In this document: one piece after another, positions 57,002 through 63,648 of the stretch
Numbering within the stretch: position 1 is the first letter of the stretch
How the letters are laid out: each line of letters opens with the position of its first letter
Source: Klebsiella phage fENko-Kae01
DNA length: 64,000 nt
Strand: one strand, 5' to 3'
Sequence record: OR228459.1
The notes under the pieces: model-generated
What the model was told of the DNA's origin: nothing
The model's database searches: none
What the model saw: the letters and a program-made list of their open reading frames with translations, nothing else
Position numbers and translations under genes: made by a program

Positions 57002-57212
57002 TATAATACTTTTATCAAATCAAGTGGAGTACTAAAAAGATGATTACACCTATTGCACCAATTCACAAGACAGTGTATAATACTTATAGTACTCCAAAGC
57101 AGCAACATATTATCGAGGAACTGAAAGAACAGAAAAAAGAAGTAAAAAGTACTGGTAACCGAATCGATATTAAAGTATAATACTTACATCAACCACAAAG
57201 AGGAATACAAAA

Positions 57213-57551
57213 ATGGCTATTACTTCTATCTTCTGCAACACCCGAAACGAAGCACGTCAGGCTAAAATCGATTTCAACGGTAAAATTGTTGACAATGGTT
57301 CTGATGCACCCAAGGGACAGCGTTGGGAAGTACAATACGAAGTAGCCCCCGTATCTGATGCCATCGCGGAACTTGCAGCAATCATGCAAGCGGAAGTACA
57401 AGACATGGCACTAGAAGAAGTGTCTCCACGTGAGATTATGGGTCTTCCACGTCCTGTAAGCAAGAATAAAAAAACCCGTGCTGTGATCATGAAAGATCGC
57501 AAAGGTAATTCAGTTACTGTACAGGTTCGTCGTCGCCGCATTACTGCCTAA
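57213..57551 (+). CDS. hypothetical basic-tailed protein (112 aa)
   Basis: AAGAGGAATA RBS downstream of the tataatacttacatcaacc cassette tail. Confidence 0.55.
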   Translation: MAITSIFCNTRNEARQAKIDFNGKIVDNGSDAPKGQRWEVQYEVAPVSDAIAELAAIMQAEVQDMALEEVSPREIMGLPRPVSKNKKTRAVIMKDRKGNSVTVQVRRRRITA

Positions 57552-57591
57552 CCGAAAGGGGGAGCAATCCCCCAAACTTTTAAGAGGATTT

Positions 57592-57843
57592 ATGAAGAAG
57601 CAAGTACAACTAATTAATGGTAATTTCATGCGATTGCATTATAAACCGCAAAAGAAAATCATTGAGAAAGCTACAAAGGTAGCAAATGATTTTGTTAGTG
57701 GGACAGTTCGCCCCCGTAAACTATCTAACGGATTGTTTCAAGTACTGGATATTAGCAGAACAGAACGTATCGTAATTGATAAGGAAAAGCAAATACATTT
57801 AATGAGTCACGAAAAGTACAATGATTTTGTGAATCAGCGTTGA
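57592..57843 (+). CDS. hypothetical small protein (83 aa)
   Basis: AAGAGGA RBS. Preceded by the hairpin GGGGGAGCAATCCCCC. Confidence 0.5.
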   Translation: MKKQVQLINGNFMRLHYKPQKKIIEKATKVANDFVSGTVRPRKLSNGLFQVLDISRTERIVIDKEKQIHLMSHEKYNDFVNQR

Positions 57844-57897
57844 CAGACTACCGACAACATAGTATAATACTTTCATCAACTAAACGATGGTTCTAAA

Positions 57898-58287
57898 ATG
57901 AAAAATATTGTTTCTGCTATCGCTATCGCTGTTATGTTTTCTTCAACTCCAGTTATGGCATACACTGTTAATCTGAATGAATTGACAGATTGGGGAAATC
58001 AAATGCGTGATCGCTTTGCAGTACCAGACCATATCCAGCCGCAGCAAAAACAAGGTAGTGAAATGTTATGCCGTGGGGTAATGACTAACGAGCAAACCGG
58101 ACAACAAATCCGCGAACAATTCAGTACTAGTGGTGAACGTTCGGTATCGGGTAATGATATCATCTATCATGATGAAGATGAAACCGGAAGCACTACATTG
58201 CAAATTAATGCAAAAACTGGTAAAGGCTTTATTACGATGATGGACACTGAAAAAGTTATCGTAACTGGTAATGTAGTTTGCAAATAA
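57898..58287 (+). CDS. secreted protein (129 aa)
   Basis: Signal peptide MKNIVSAIAIAVMFSSTPVMA. Confidence 0.55.
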   Translation: MKNIVSAIAIAVMFSSTPVMAYTVNLNELTDWGNQMRDRFAVPDHIQPQQKQGSEMLCRGVMTNEQTGQQIREQFSTSGERSVSGNDIIYHDEDETGSTTLQINAKTGKGFITMMDTEKVIVTGNVVCK

Positions 58288-58297
58288 AGTACTAAAA

Positions 58298-58335
58298 AGG
58301 GGTTGACTTCGGTCGGCCCTTTTGCTATTATATAT
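58298..58335 (+). promoter_or_regulatory. terminator-promoter module (GGGGTTGACttcgGTCGGCCC)
   Basis: Same family as 13061. Followed by the TAACCCACAGGGTG element. Confidence 0.55.
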
Positions 58336-58400
58336 CCCATAGAAACAAGTTAACCCACAGGGTGGCGTAGTCCGTCCAAAATTTATTAAAAGTATAATAT

Positions 58401-58655
58401 ATGGAAATATGGAAAACAATCACTGATTCCCCTAATTATGAAGTAAGTAATTTAGGAAATATACGAAAAATACGTGATAATAAAGGTATGGCACAAACTA
58501 ATAGTAAACTTTCAGATGATGATATTAAATTCATCCGAGCTAATTTTAAAAAATGTGATCCTGTATATGGTGGAATACCACTAGCAAAGCGATTTGGTGT
58601 ATATAAAAGTACTATATACAAAATTGTACAAGGACGTGCATGGAAGCATATATAA
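58401..58655 (+). CDS. orphan NUMOD4 + HTH protein, homing-endonuclease-associated DNA-binding module without nuclease domain (84 aa)
   Basis: MEIWKTITDSPNYEVSNLGNIRKI matches the NUMOD4 signature (WK.I...YEVSN.G.VR). C-terminus LAKRFGVYKSTIYKIVQGRAWKHI is the HTH typical of HNH homing-endonuclease C-termini. No SD sequence upstream. Confidence 0.5.
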   Translation: MEIWKTITDSPNYEVSNLGNIRKIRDNKGMAQTNSKLSDDDIKFIRANFKKCDPVYGGIPLAKRFGVYKSTIYKIVQGRAWKHI

Positions 58656-58692
58656 ATATATTCATAATACCATTTTATATAAGGAGTATATT

Positions 58693-59226
58693 ATGCCGGG
58701 TAAATTTCAAGATAAAAATGGTGGGTTAATTGCAGGACATAGTGATCGCTGGTCTGATGAAAACCGCCGTAAAAATAGTTTTAATGCTGGTGCTGGAAGT
58801 CGAGCTAGTCGAAATCAAGGACTAGGACAAAAAGGACTCGACAATACTAAAACAGATACCATTGTAGATACTTCTAGGATGAAACCAGAAGAAAAACTAA
58901 AGTACTTCCAATCTTTGGGATTACTTGGTCATCAAGAGAAAGGTTCTAAAGAGCCTCCAAAAGCAGCACCACAAAAACCAATGCCTACCGATAGTAAATC
59001 ACTTATTAGTACTTTACAAGATCAATGGAAAGATGCGTTTAAAGGCGATGTACGCCATTCTAAGCGACTTATTGCAGAACTTAAGGACGTTGCCCCAGCT
59101 AAGATTAAAAAAGCTCTACAAGCTGCTTACAGGGCCACACAAGAGGTTACCGCACGTGAAGACGACCCTCTAACAATCGTTGAATATATCAGTGATGCTA
59201 TTGTTCCATTTACATATGAAGATTGA
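58693..59226 (+). CDS. hypothetical disordered Lys/Gly-rich protein (177 aa)
   Basis: Track ORF 58594 trimmed to ATG 58693, which follows a TAAGGAG RBS. Confidence 0.55.
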   Translation: MPGKFQDKNGGLIAGHSDRWSDENRRKNSFNAGAGSRASRNQGLGQKGLDNTKTDTIVDTSRMKPEEKLKYFQSLGLLGHQEKGSKEPPKAAPQKPMPTDSKSLISTLQDQWKDAFKGDVRHSKRLIAELKDVAPAKIKKALQAAYRATQEVTAREDDPLTIVEYISDAIVPFTYED

Positions 59227-59231
59227 AATAA

Positions 59232-59268
59232 AAGGTTGACATGAGTCAGCCTTTTTTGCTATCATAGT
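59232..59268 (+). promoter_or_regulatory. terminator-promoter module (GGTTGACatgaGTCAGCC)
   Basis: Same family as 13061. Confidence 0.5.
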
Positions 59269-59292
59269 CCTACACCAATAGGAGATAGTAAC

Positions 59293-59556
59293 ATGAAATA
59301 CTTACTAATCATCGCCGCATTATTCAGTACTCAAGCAATGGCAACAGATATGGTTTGTAGTGCTGATGGTTTCCAAACTGTATTCAAGGTAGATGGCAAC
59401 ACGCTTATTGACACAAACGAACACGTAGTAGCTGAAGAAATCAGTACTGGTAAGTTTATGGCACAAGATCAGTTCGGTGAAGTAGTTTATACTATTCACG
59501 GAAATAAGATTGTAATGCAATTCAGTGGCGTTATCAAAGAGTACAATTGCAAATGA
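59293..59556 (+). CDS. secreted protein (87 aa)
   Basis: Signal peptide MKYLLIIAALFSTQAMA. TAGGAG RBS. Confidence 0.55.
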   Translation: MKYLLIIAALFSTQAMATDMVCSADGFQTVFKVDGNTLIDTNEHVVAEEISTGKFMAQDQFGEVVYTIHGNKIVMQFSGVIKEYNCK

Positions 59557-59747
59557 TTGTACAAGTAACACTAAAAGGATTGAAGCCCGGAGAAGATGAC
59601 TACGAAACACATGTAGCCACTATTTCCGGGTTGACAATGGATGAGATTGATGGTAATATACTGTCATACATCTACGAATGGCGTAATGCAAACGGGTATT
59701 ACAAAATGAAATATATTCATAAAGAGGTAATCTCATGCGATAACTAA
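59553..59747 (+). CDS. hypothetical small protein (64 aa)
   Basis: Track ORF 59547 (TTG start) trimmed to ATG 59553, which overlaps the upstream stop (ATGA). Confidence 0.5.
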   Translation: MIVQVTLKGLKPGEDDYETHVATISGLTMDEIDGNILSYIYEWRNANGYYKMKYIHKEVISCDN

Positions 59748-59763
59748 CACAGGAGATTACACA

Positions 59764-59979
59764 ATGCCAACTCATTCACTAGTACTTAATGGGATTCGAT
59801 TCAAAATGACTGAGGGTGCATTGCAAAGTACTAACACGCAATTAGTACTTGATAAACTCACAAAAGAACAATGTGATGGTATCCTTCGCGAAGCAAATCG
59901 CATTAAGTCAACTGTATCAAATCACCCGGTTAAGCGTCAATTACTTCAGGGGATCATTATGGGATGTTTGCGTAAATGA
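59764..59979 (+). CDS. hypothetical small protein (71 aa)
   Basis: CAGGAG RBS. Confidence 0.5.
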   Translation: MPTHSLVLNGIRFKMTEGALQSTNTQLVLDKLTKEQCDGILREANRIKSTVSNHPVKRQLLQGIIMGCLRK

Positions 59980-60128
59980 TTTATCAACAAATTATTGCAG
60001 TACTGAAAACACTTGACTACGGAAATGCAATCCGTTATGCTAGTGCTAACGCCTTTGAACTCGCTCAAATGTATGAGCAAGGTAGTACCATTGATGAGCT
60101 GGTGGAGGTTTGTCTCAGTCATAAATAA
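59976..60128 (+). CDS. small hypothetical protein (50 aa, not in ORF track)
   Basis: ATGA overlap with the upstream stop. Replaces the track ORF 60013..60255, which overlaps the next well-supported gene. Confidence 0.4.
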   Translation: MIYQQIIAVLKTLDYGNAIRYASANAFELAQMYEQGSTIDELVEVCLSHK

Positions 60129-60154
60129 TCTTGTAATTATTACAGGAGATCATT

Positions 60155-60427
60155 ATGACAGACTTAAACGCAATCAAGCAATGGAGTACTATCCCATTAA
60201 ACGAACTACCGCAACTACTAAAGCAACAAGGTTTTCAATTCGTACCACGTTTTAGTACTGAAGATCATCGTATCTTCGTATCTCAAGACGGACAATATTT
60301 GATTAATATTATCCGTAATACTGGAAAAGTATACAGTACTAAAAATCAGAAATCACCTTTGCATATTTTTGGTATTCGTAATGGTGAGATCCCAAAAGGT
60401 GCAGATAAAGCATTCAGAACTGAATAA
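60155..60427 (+). CDS. hypothetical protein (90 aa)
   Basis: ACAGGAG RBS. Confidence 0.55.
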   Translation: MTDLNAIKQWSTIPLNELPQLLKQQGFQFVPRFSTEDHRIFVSQDGQYLINIIRNTGKVYSTKNQKSPLHIFGIRNGEIPKGADKAFRTE

Positions 60428-60432
60428 TAAAA

Positions 60433-60470
60433 AAAGGGTTGACTTAGGTCGGCCCTTTTTGTTATTATAT
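60433..60470 (+). promoter_or_regulatory. terminator-promoter module (GGGTTGACttagGTCGGCCC)
   Basis: Same family as 13061. Confidence 0.55.
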
Positions 60471-60496
60471 ACTTATTGAAGCGAAGGAGATAGAAC

Positions 60497-61087
60497 ATGT
60501 ACGTCACTAAAGCAGCAAAGAAACACTTAAAAGAACTTGACAAGTTACCAACTAATAAACAAATGTTAAAGTACTGTCGAGAAAATTTAACACGTTTGGG
60601 TAAGGGATCAAGTCGTGAAGTTTTTGCATTATCTGATACATTAGTAATCAAGATCGCTTTAGGTGGTGTAGGTGTAAAACAGAATGAAAATGAGATTCGT
60701 ATCTGGAATCTAGTTAGTTATTCATTTACTGGATTTAAGAGATCATTCGCTAAAGTACTGGTAAATTCATGCCACTGGAAAGAATTCTATATCGTCATGG
60801 AGCGTTTAAATACACAAACCGTGTCGCGGTCAATCTTTAATACAAGTACTGTTAGAGCGTGGCGTATGGATCGTACCGCAATGCATCCAATTGCTAAACG
60901 TATATTCAAAGATGTACAAGCCACTGATGATAATGCTTTTACTAATAACATAGCAGATATAACTCCACGAAATATGGGAACATCAAAAACAGGTGTTGTC
61001 AAGATGTTGGATTATGGTTTTAGTACTCCTATATGGAATGGACTCGCTAACGGTACATTAAAGAATAGAGAATTACTTATAAAATAG
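60497..61087 (+). CDS. small protein-kinase-like protein (196 aa)
   Basis: Gly-loop-like LGKGSSREVF and VIKIA (VAIK-like Lys). Catalytic-loop-like NIADITPRNMG (D.KP.N). DFG-like VKMLDYGFS. GAAGGAG RBS. Confidence 0.45.
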   Translation: MYVTKAAKKHLKELDKLPTNKQMLKYCRENLTRLGKGSSREVFALSDTLVIKIALGGVGVKQNENEIRIWNLVSYSFTGFKRSFAKVLVNSCHWKEFYIVMERLNTQTVSRSIFNTSTVRAWRMDRTAMHPIAKRIFKDVQATDDNAFTNNIADITPRNMGTSKTGVVKMLDYGFSTPIWNGLANGTLKNRELLIK

Positions 61088-61090
61088 TGC

Positions 61091-61127
61091 TTGACTACTT
61101 TATGCTGGTGGGATATACTTATCCCAT
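61091..61127 (+). promoter_or_regulatory. promoter (TTGACT; Chi octamer in spacer) with -10-centred palindrome (GGGATATacttATCCC)
   Basis: ttgactactttatGCTGGTGGgatatacttatccc. Confidence 0.5.
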
Positions 61128-61149
61128 CAACAACAAAGAGGAATACAAA

Positions 61150-61395
61150 ATGTTTAAAGTACGTAAATGGTCTGACTCTAACTCCCGCCCATATGATGTT
61201 GTTTATGTAGATGATATTCGAAACAATATCCACTATCAACCCGGCGTAGAATTTAGTACGATTGAAGGTGCTTATAAACATAAAGAAGTACTAATCAAAA
61301 GTACTGATGAAGATAGTATAGAATTTATCCGTAATCATTGGCCCACTGATGGTGCCGCTGATGAGGATAATTCAGAAGAACCAAAAATAGATTAA
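61150..61395 (+). CDS. hypothetical acidic-tailed protein (81 aa)
   Basis: Track ORF 61087 trimmed to ATG 61150, which follows an AAAGAGGAATA RBS. Confidence 0.5.
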   Translation: MFKVRKWSDSNSRPYDVVYVDDIRNNIHYQPGVEFSTIEGAYKHKEVLIKSTDEDSIEFIRNHWPTDGAADEDNSEEPKID

Positions 61396-61399
61396 TAAA

Positions 61400-61436
61400 A
61401 AGAGGTTGACTTCGGTCAGCCTTTTTTGTATTATAT
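61400..61436 (+). promoter_or_regulatory. terminator-promoter module (GAGGTTGACttcgGTCAGCC)
   Basis: Same family as 13061. Followed by the CTAACCCACAGGGTGC element. Confidence 0.55.
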
Positions 61437-61545
61437 ATATCAAGAAAACAGCTAACCCACAGGGTGCATAAATCCGTCTTTCAAATGTATATTTTTTCAT
61501 CGAAGTACTAAAACGAATACGAAACAAATAAATTTCAAAAAGTAC

Positions 61546-61608
61546 TTGACCACTATTACCGATTGTCGTATAATGTTTTACATCGAGAGGGGAAATGGTT
61601 CTACTCTC
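61546..61608 (+). promoter_or_regulatory. promoter (TTGACC-17-TATAAT) + leader hairpin type B (GAGAGgggaaatggttctaCTCTC)
   Basis: Leader family copy with a covarying stem. Confidence 0.6.
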
Positions 61609-61627
61609 TAACTTAAGGAATTAAATC

Positions 61628-62149
61628 ATGATTACTACTCCAGTACGCGATATGTTTAACGTTAACCCCAACACTGGTATTGCTTATGGATACATCAACG
61701 CGAACAACGTAAACAGTGAAGTACTGAATGAAATTTTCTGCAATGGTATTGATGTAGCTCGACTTGAAGCAGATATTGACTTCGCCAAACGTTATGATTT
61801 CGTAGTACCTGATCAAAAGGAATCAGAAGATTATACTGCTTATCTTGAGCGTGTACAATCCGATATGCTTGACTTCCTTAACAATCTGGGCGATGATGTG
61901 ATGGAAGAAGTGGAAGCACATGATCGCGAATATGAAGAGTTTACAGGTCATGTACACGCCGCCACAGTAGATAAGACTACAGTACTTTATAACACTGATA
62001 ACAATACTATCTGTGTTATGGATGGCATCAATGTTGGTTTTTTCTATGCTTGCTCTCCATGCTGCCCGAATGCTGGTGATCTTGATAGTGCTGGTGGAAG
62101 TGTAGAAACTTACGATGTACCTGTAAGCTGGCGTGAACTGGATTACTAA
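61628..62149 (+). CDS. hypothetical acidic protein (173 aa)
   Basis: TTAAGGAA RBS. Confidence 0.6.
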   Translation: MITTPVRDMFNVNPNTGIAYGYINANNVNSEVLNEIFCNGIDVARLEADIDFAKRYDFVVPDQKESEDYTAYLERVQSDMLDFLNNLGDDVMEEVEAHDREYEEFTGHVHAATVDKTTVLYNTDNNTICVMDGINVGFFYACSPCCPNAGDLDSAGGSVETYDVPVSWRELDY

Positions 62150-62150
62150 T

Positions 62151-62184
62151 TGACAACAACAAAGGGATAGTATATACTATCCCT
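62151..62184 (+). promoter_or_regulatory. promoter with -10-centred palindrome (GGGATAGTATatACTATCCC)
   Basis: TTGACA, then an inverted repeat enclosing the -10. Confidence 0.5.
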
Positions 62185-62208
62185 AACTTAAGAAAAGAGG
62201 AAATCAAA

Positions 62209-62388
62209 ATGGTTCACGTTGATCTTGAAGTACTGAAAAAAGTATGGTACGACATTGGCTATAAAAATATTAGCTGGACGGATAACCAGTACATCGAGCT
62301 TAAGGCACTGGATAACTGGCAGCGTAATGAAGTACTGAAAGCACACAAAAAAGGTGTAGATGATCGCTTTAACTTTCCTGTACTTTAA
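62209..62388 (+). CDS. small hypothetical protein (59 aa, not in ORF track)
   Basis: AAGAGGAAATC RBS downstream of the 62151 promoter. Confidence 0.5.
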   Translation: MVHVDLEVLKKVWYDIGYKNISWTDNQYIELKALDNWQRNEVLKAHKKGVDDRFNFPVL

Positions 62389-62401
62389 TAGAAAAAAGTA
62401 C

Positions 62402-62464
62402 TTGCATAGTATTCTGATTACTGTATAATGTTTTTCATAGAGAGGGGAATGGTTCTTCTCTCTA
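62402..62464 (+). promoter_or_regulatory. promoter (TTGCAT-16-TATAAT) + leader hairpin type B (TAGAGAGgggaatggttcttCTCTCTA)
   Basis: Leader family copy with a covarying stem. Confidence 0.6.
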
Positions 62465-62480
62465 AATTAAGGAAAACATT

Positions 62481-62663
62481 ATGACTAACAAATATCGTAC
62501 TCAGTTCTTCATGGTTGATGGTGCTCGATTAACTGCTGCTGACGTACACGAGTACTACGGAGTGAGCATTGATGATCTTCTGGTGATGCATGAAGATGAA
62601 ACACAATTCTTCCATGCTCATGGGTACGAGGTTAAAGTAACACGCTGCCCAGCATACAATTAA
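62481..62663 (+). CDS. hypothetical small protein (60 aa)
   Basis: TAAGGAAAAC RBS. Confidence 0.55.
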   Translation: MTNKYRTQFFMVDGARLTAADVHEYYGVSIDDLLVMHEDETQFFHAHGYEVKVTRCPAYN

Positions 62664-62708
62664 TCATTTGGGGAGAGAGGTAATACTCTCCCATATTAAG
62701 GAACGTCC

Positions 62709-62975
62709 ATGAAACTGATTAACACACTAACGCGATTGTTTGGCACTGATAATGTTGACGATTGGAACGATGTTAACGATGAAGATAATGTGATTGATTA
62801 CATCGTTATCTACCACAACAATGATGGTGATAATGAGTGTGAGCCTGATTACTTCCTACGCCACTACGACAACGGATCATACCAGCTTAATGATCTCAGT
62901 GGCAACGTAATTCACACTGGTAATGATCTGGCAGTACTAAAGAAAGTACTAAAGAATTTACCAAAAAGTAATTGA
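62709..62975 (+). CDS. hypothetical acidic protein (88 aa)
   Basis: TAAGGAAC RBS. Preceded by the GGGAGAGaggtaatacTCTCCC palindrome. Confidence 0.55.
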   Translation: MKLINTLTRLFGTDNVDDWNDVNDEDNVIDYIVIYHNNDGDNECEPDYFLRHYDNGSYQLNDLSGNVIHTGNDLAVLKKVLKNLPKSN

Positions 62976-63100
62976 CTATAATCTGCTGGTGGAGTATTAT
63001 ATATCCATTGGCAGATAAGCCACTAACCCACGGGGTGCATAGATCCATCTATTGGATTTAAGTACTAAAACCTTTTAAAAAAAGAATAAAGAAAGTACTT
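62973..63100 (+). ncRNA. orphan promoter (TTGACT-17-TATTAT with Chi in spacer) + conserved leader element, no ORF (candidate sRNA)
   Basis: The transcript would begin with cattggcagataagccactaacccacggggtgcatagATCCAtctatTGGAT, near-identical to the 53375 copy. It runs into the next promoter at 63099. Confidence 0.3.
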
Positions 63101-63160
63101 GCATTACTATCTCAGTACTGTATAATGTTTTACATCGAGAGGGGGAAATGGTTCTCCCTC
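63099..63160 (+). promoter_or_regulatory. promoter (TTGCAT-16-TATAAT) + leader hairpin type B (GAGGGggaaatggttctCCCTC)
   Basis: Leader family copy with a covarying stem. Confidence 0.6.
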
Positions 63161-63182
63161 CTAATCCAAAAGGATACGCACT

Positions 63183-63584
63183 ATGTTCACATTAAACCAT
63201 TTCTCCGATGTTGTTGCTGTTGCTAAAACCTTCGGCGTTGATGCACTTCGATACGCGATGGATAACAGCACCGTATCCGTTGGTGCATGTCACACTATCC
63301 GTGACTGCATGAAGTGGGCTGCTAACAAAGTTGTTAGTATTGATAACTTCAACGATGGTAACAATGAGTATAGCATTGATGCTGTATTCTCTACCGAGAA
63401 CGTAGCTGGTCTGTACATCACTGGCCTCGATGATATTCGTATCTCTCGTACTGGTTTCGGTTCCTTCTACGGCGATGCACGTGAAGCAATGGAGAAGGGT
63501 ATTATCAATGCCGAGCAGTTAGGCAAAGTACTAAAAGAGATTGCATTACGCAATGAAGCAGCTAAAGCCTTTGGTTTGCTGTAA
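63183..63584 (+). CDS. hypothetical protein (133 aa)
   Basis: AAAAGGATACG RBS. High-expression-like codon usage. Confidence 0.6.
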   Translation: MFTLNHFSDVVAVAKTFGVDALRYAMDNSTVSVGACHTIRDCMKWAANKVVSIDNFNDGNNEYSIDAVFSTENVAGLYITGLDDIRISRTGFGSFYGDAREAMEKGIINAEQLGKVLKEIALRNEAAKAFGLL

Positions 63585-63600
63585 TACATAACACACTATA

Positions 63601-63632
63601 CAAGGCCACTGGTTAACGCTGGTGGCCTTTTA
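63601..63632 (+). terminator. rho-independent terminator containing Chi (GGCCACtggttaacgctgGTGGCC + tttt)
   Basis: Hairpin plus T-tract. Confidence 0.55.
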
Positions 63633-63648
63633 CTATGGAGGTAATATC

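Noticed and set aside
57040-57180. 46-aa ORF MITPIAPIHKTVYNTYSTPKQQ... overlapping the promoter of 57213
   Set aside because: Weak RBS, and its 3' end is the tataatacttacatcaa promoter cassette. Likely chance.
60013-60255. 80-aa track ORF overlapping the well-supported 60155 gene
   Set aside because: It has no RBS and overlaps 100 nt of the downstream gene, which has an ACAGGAG RBS. Replaced by the ATGA-coupled 50-aa ORF 59976..60128.
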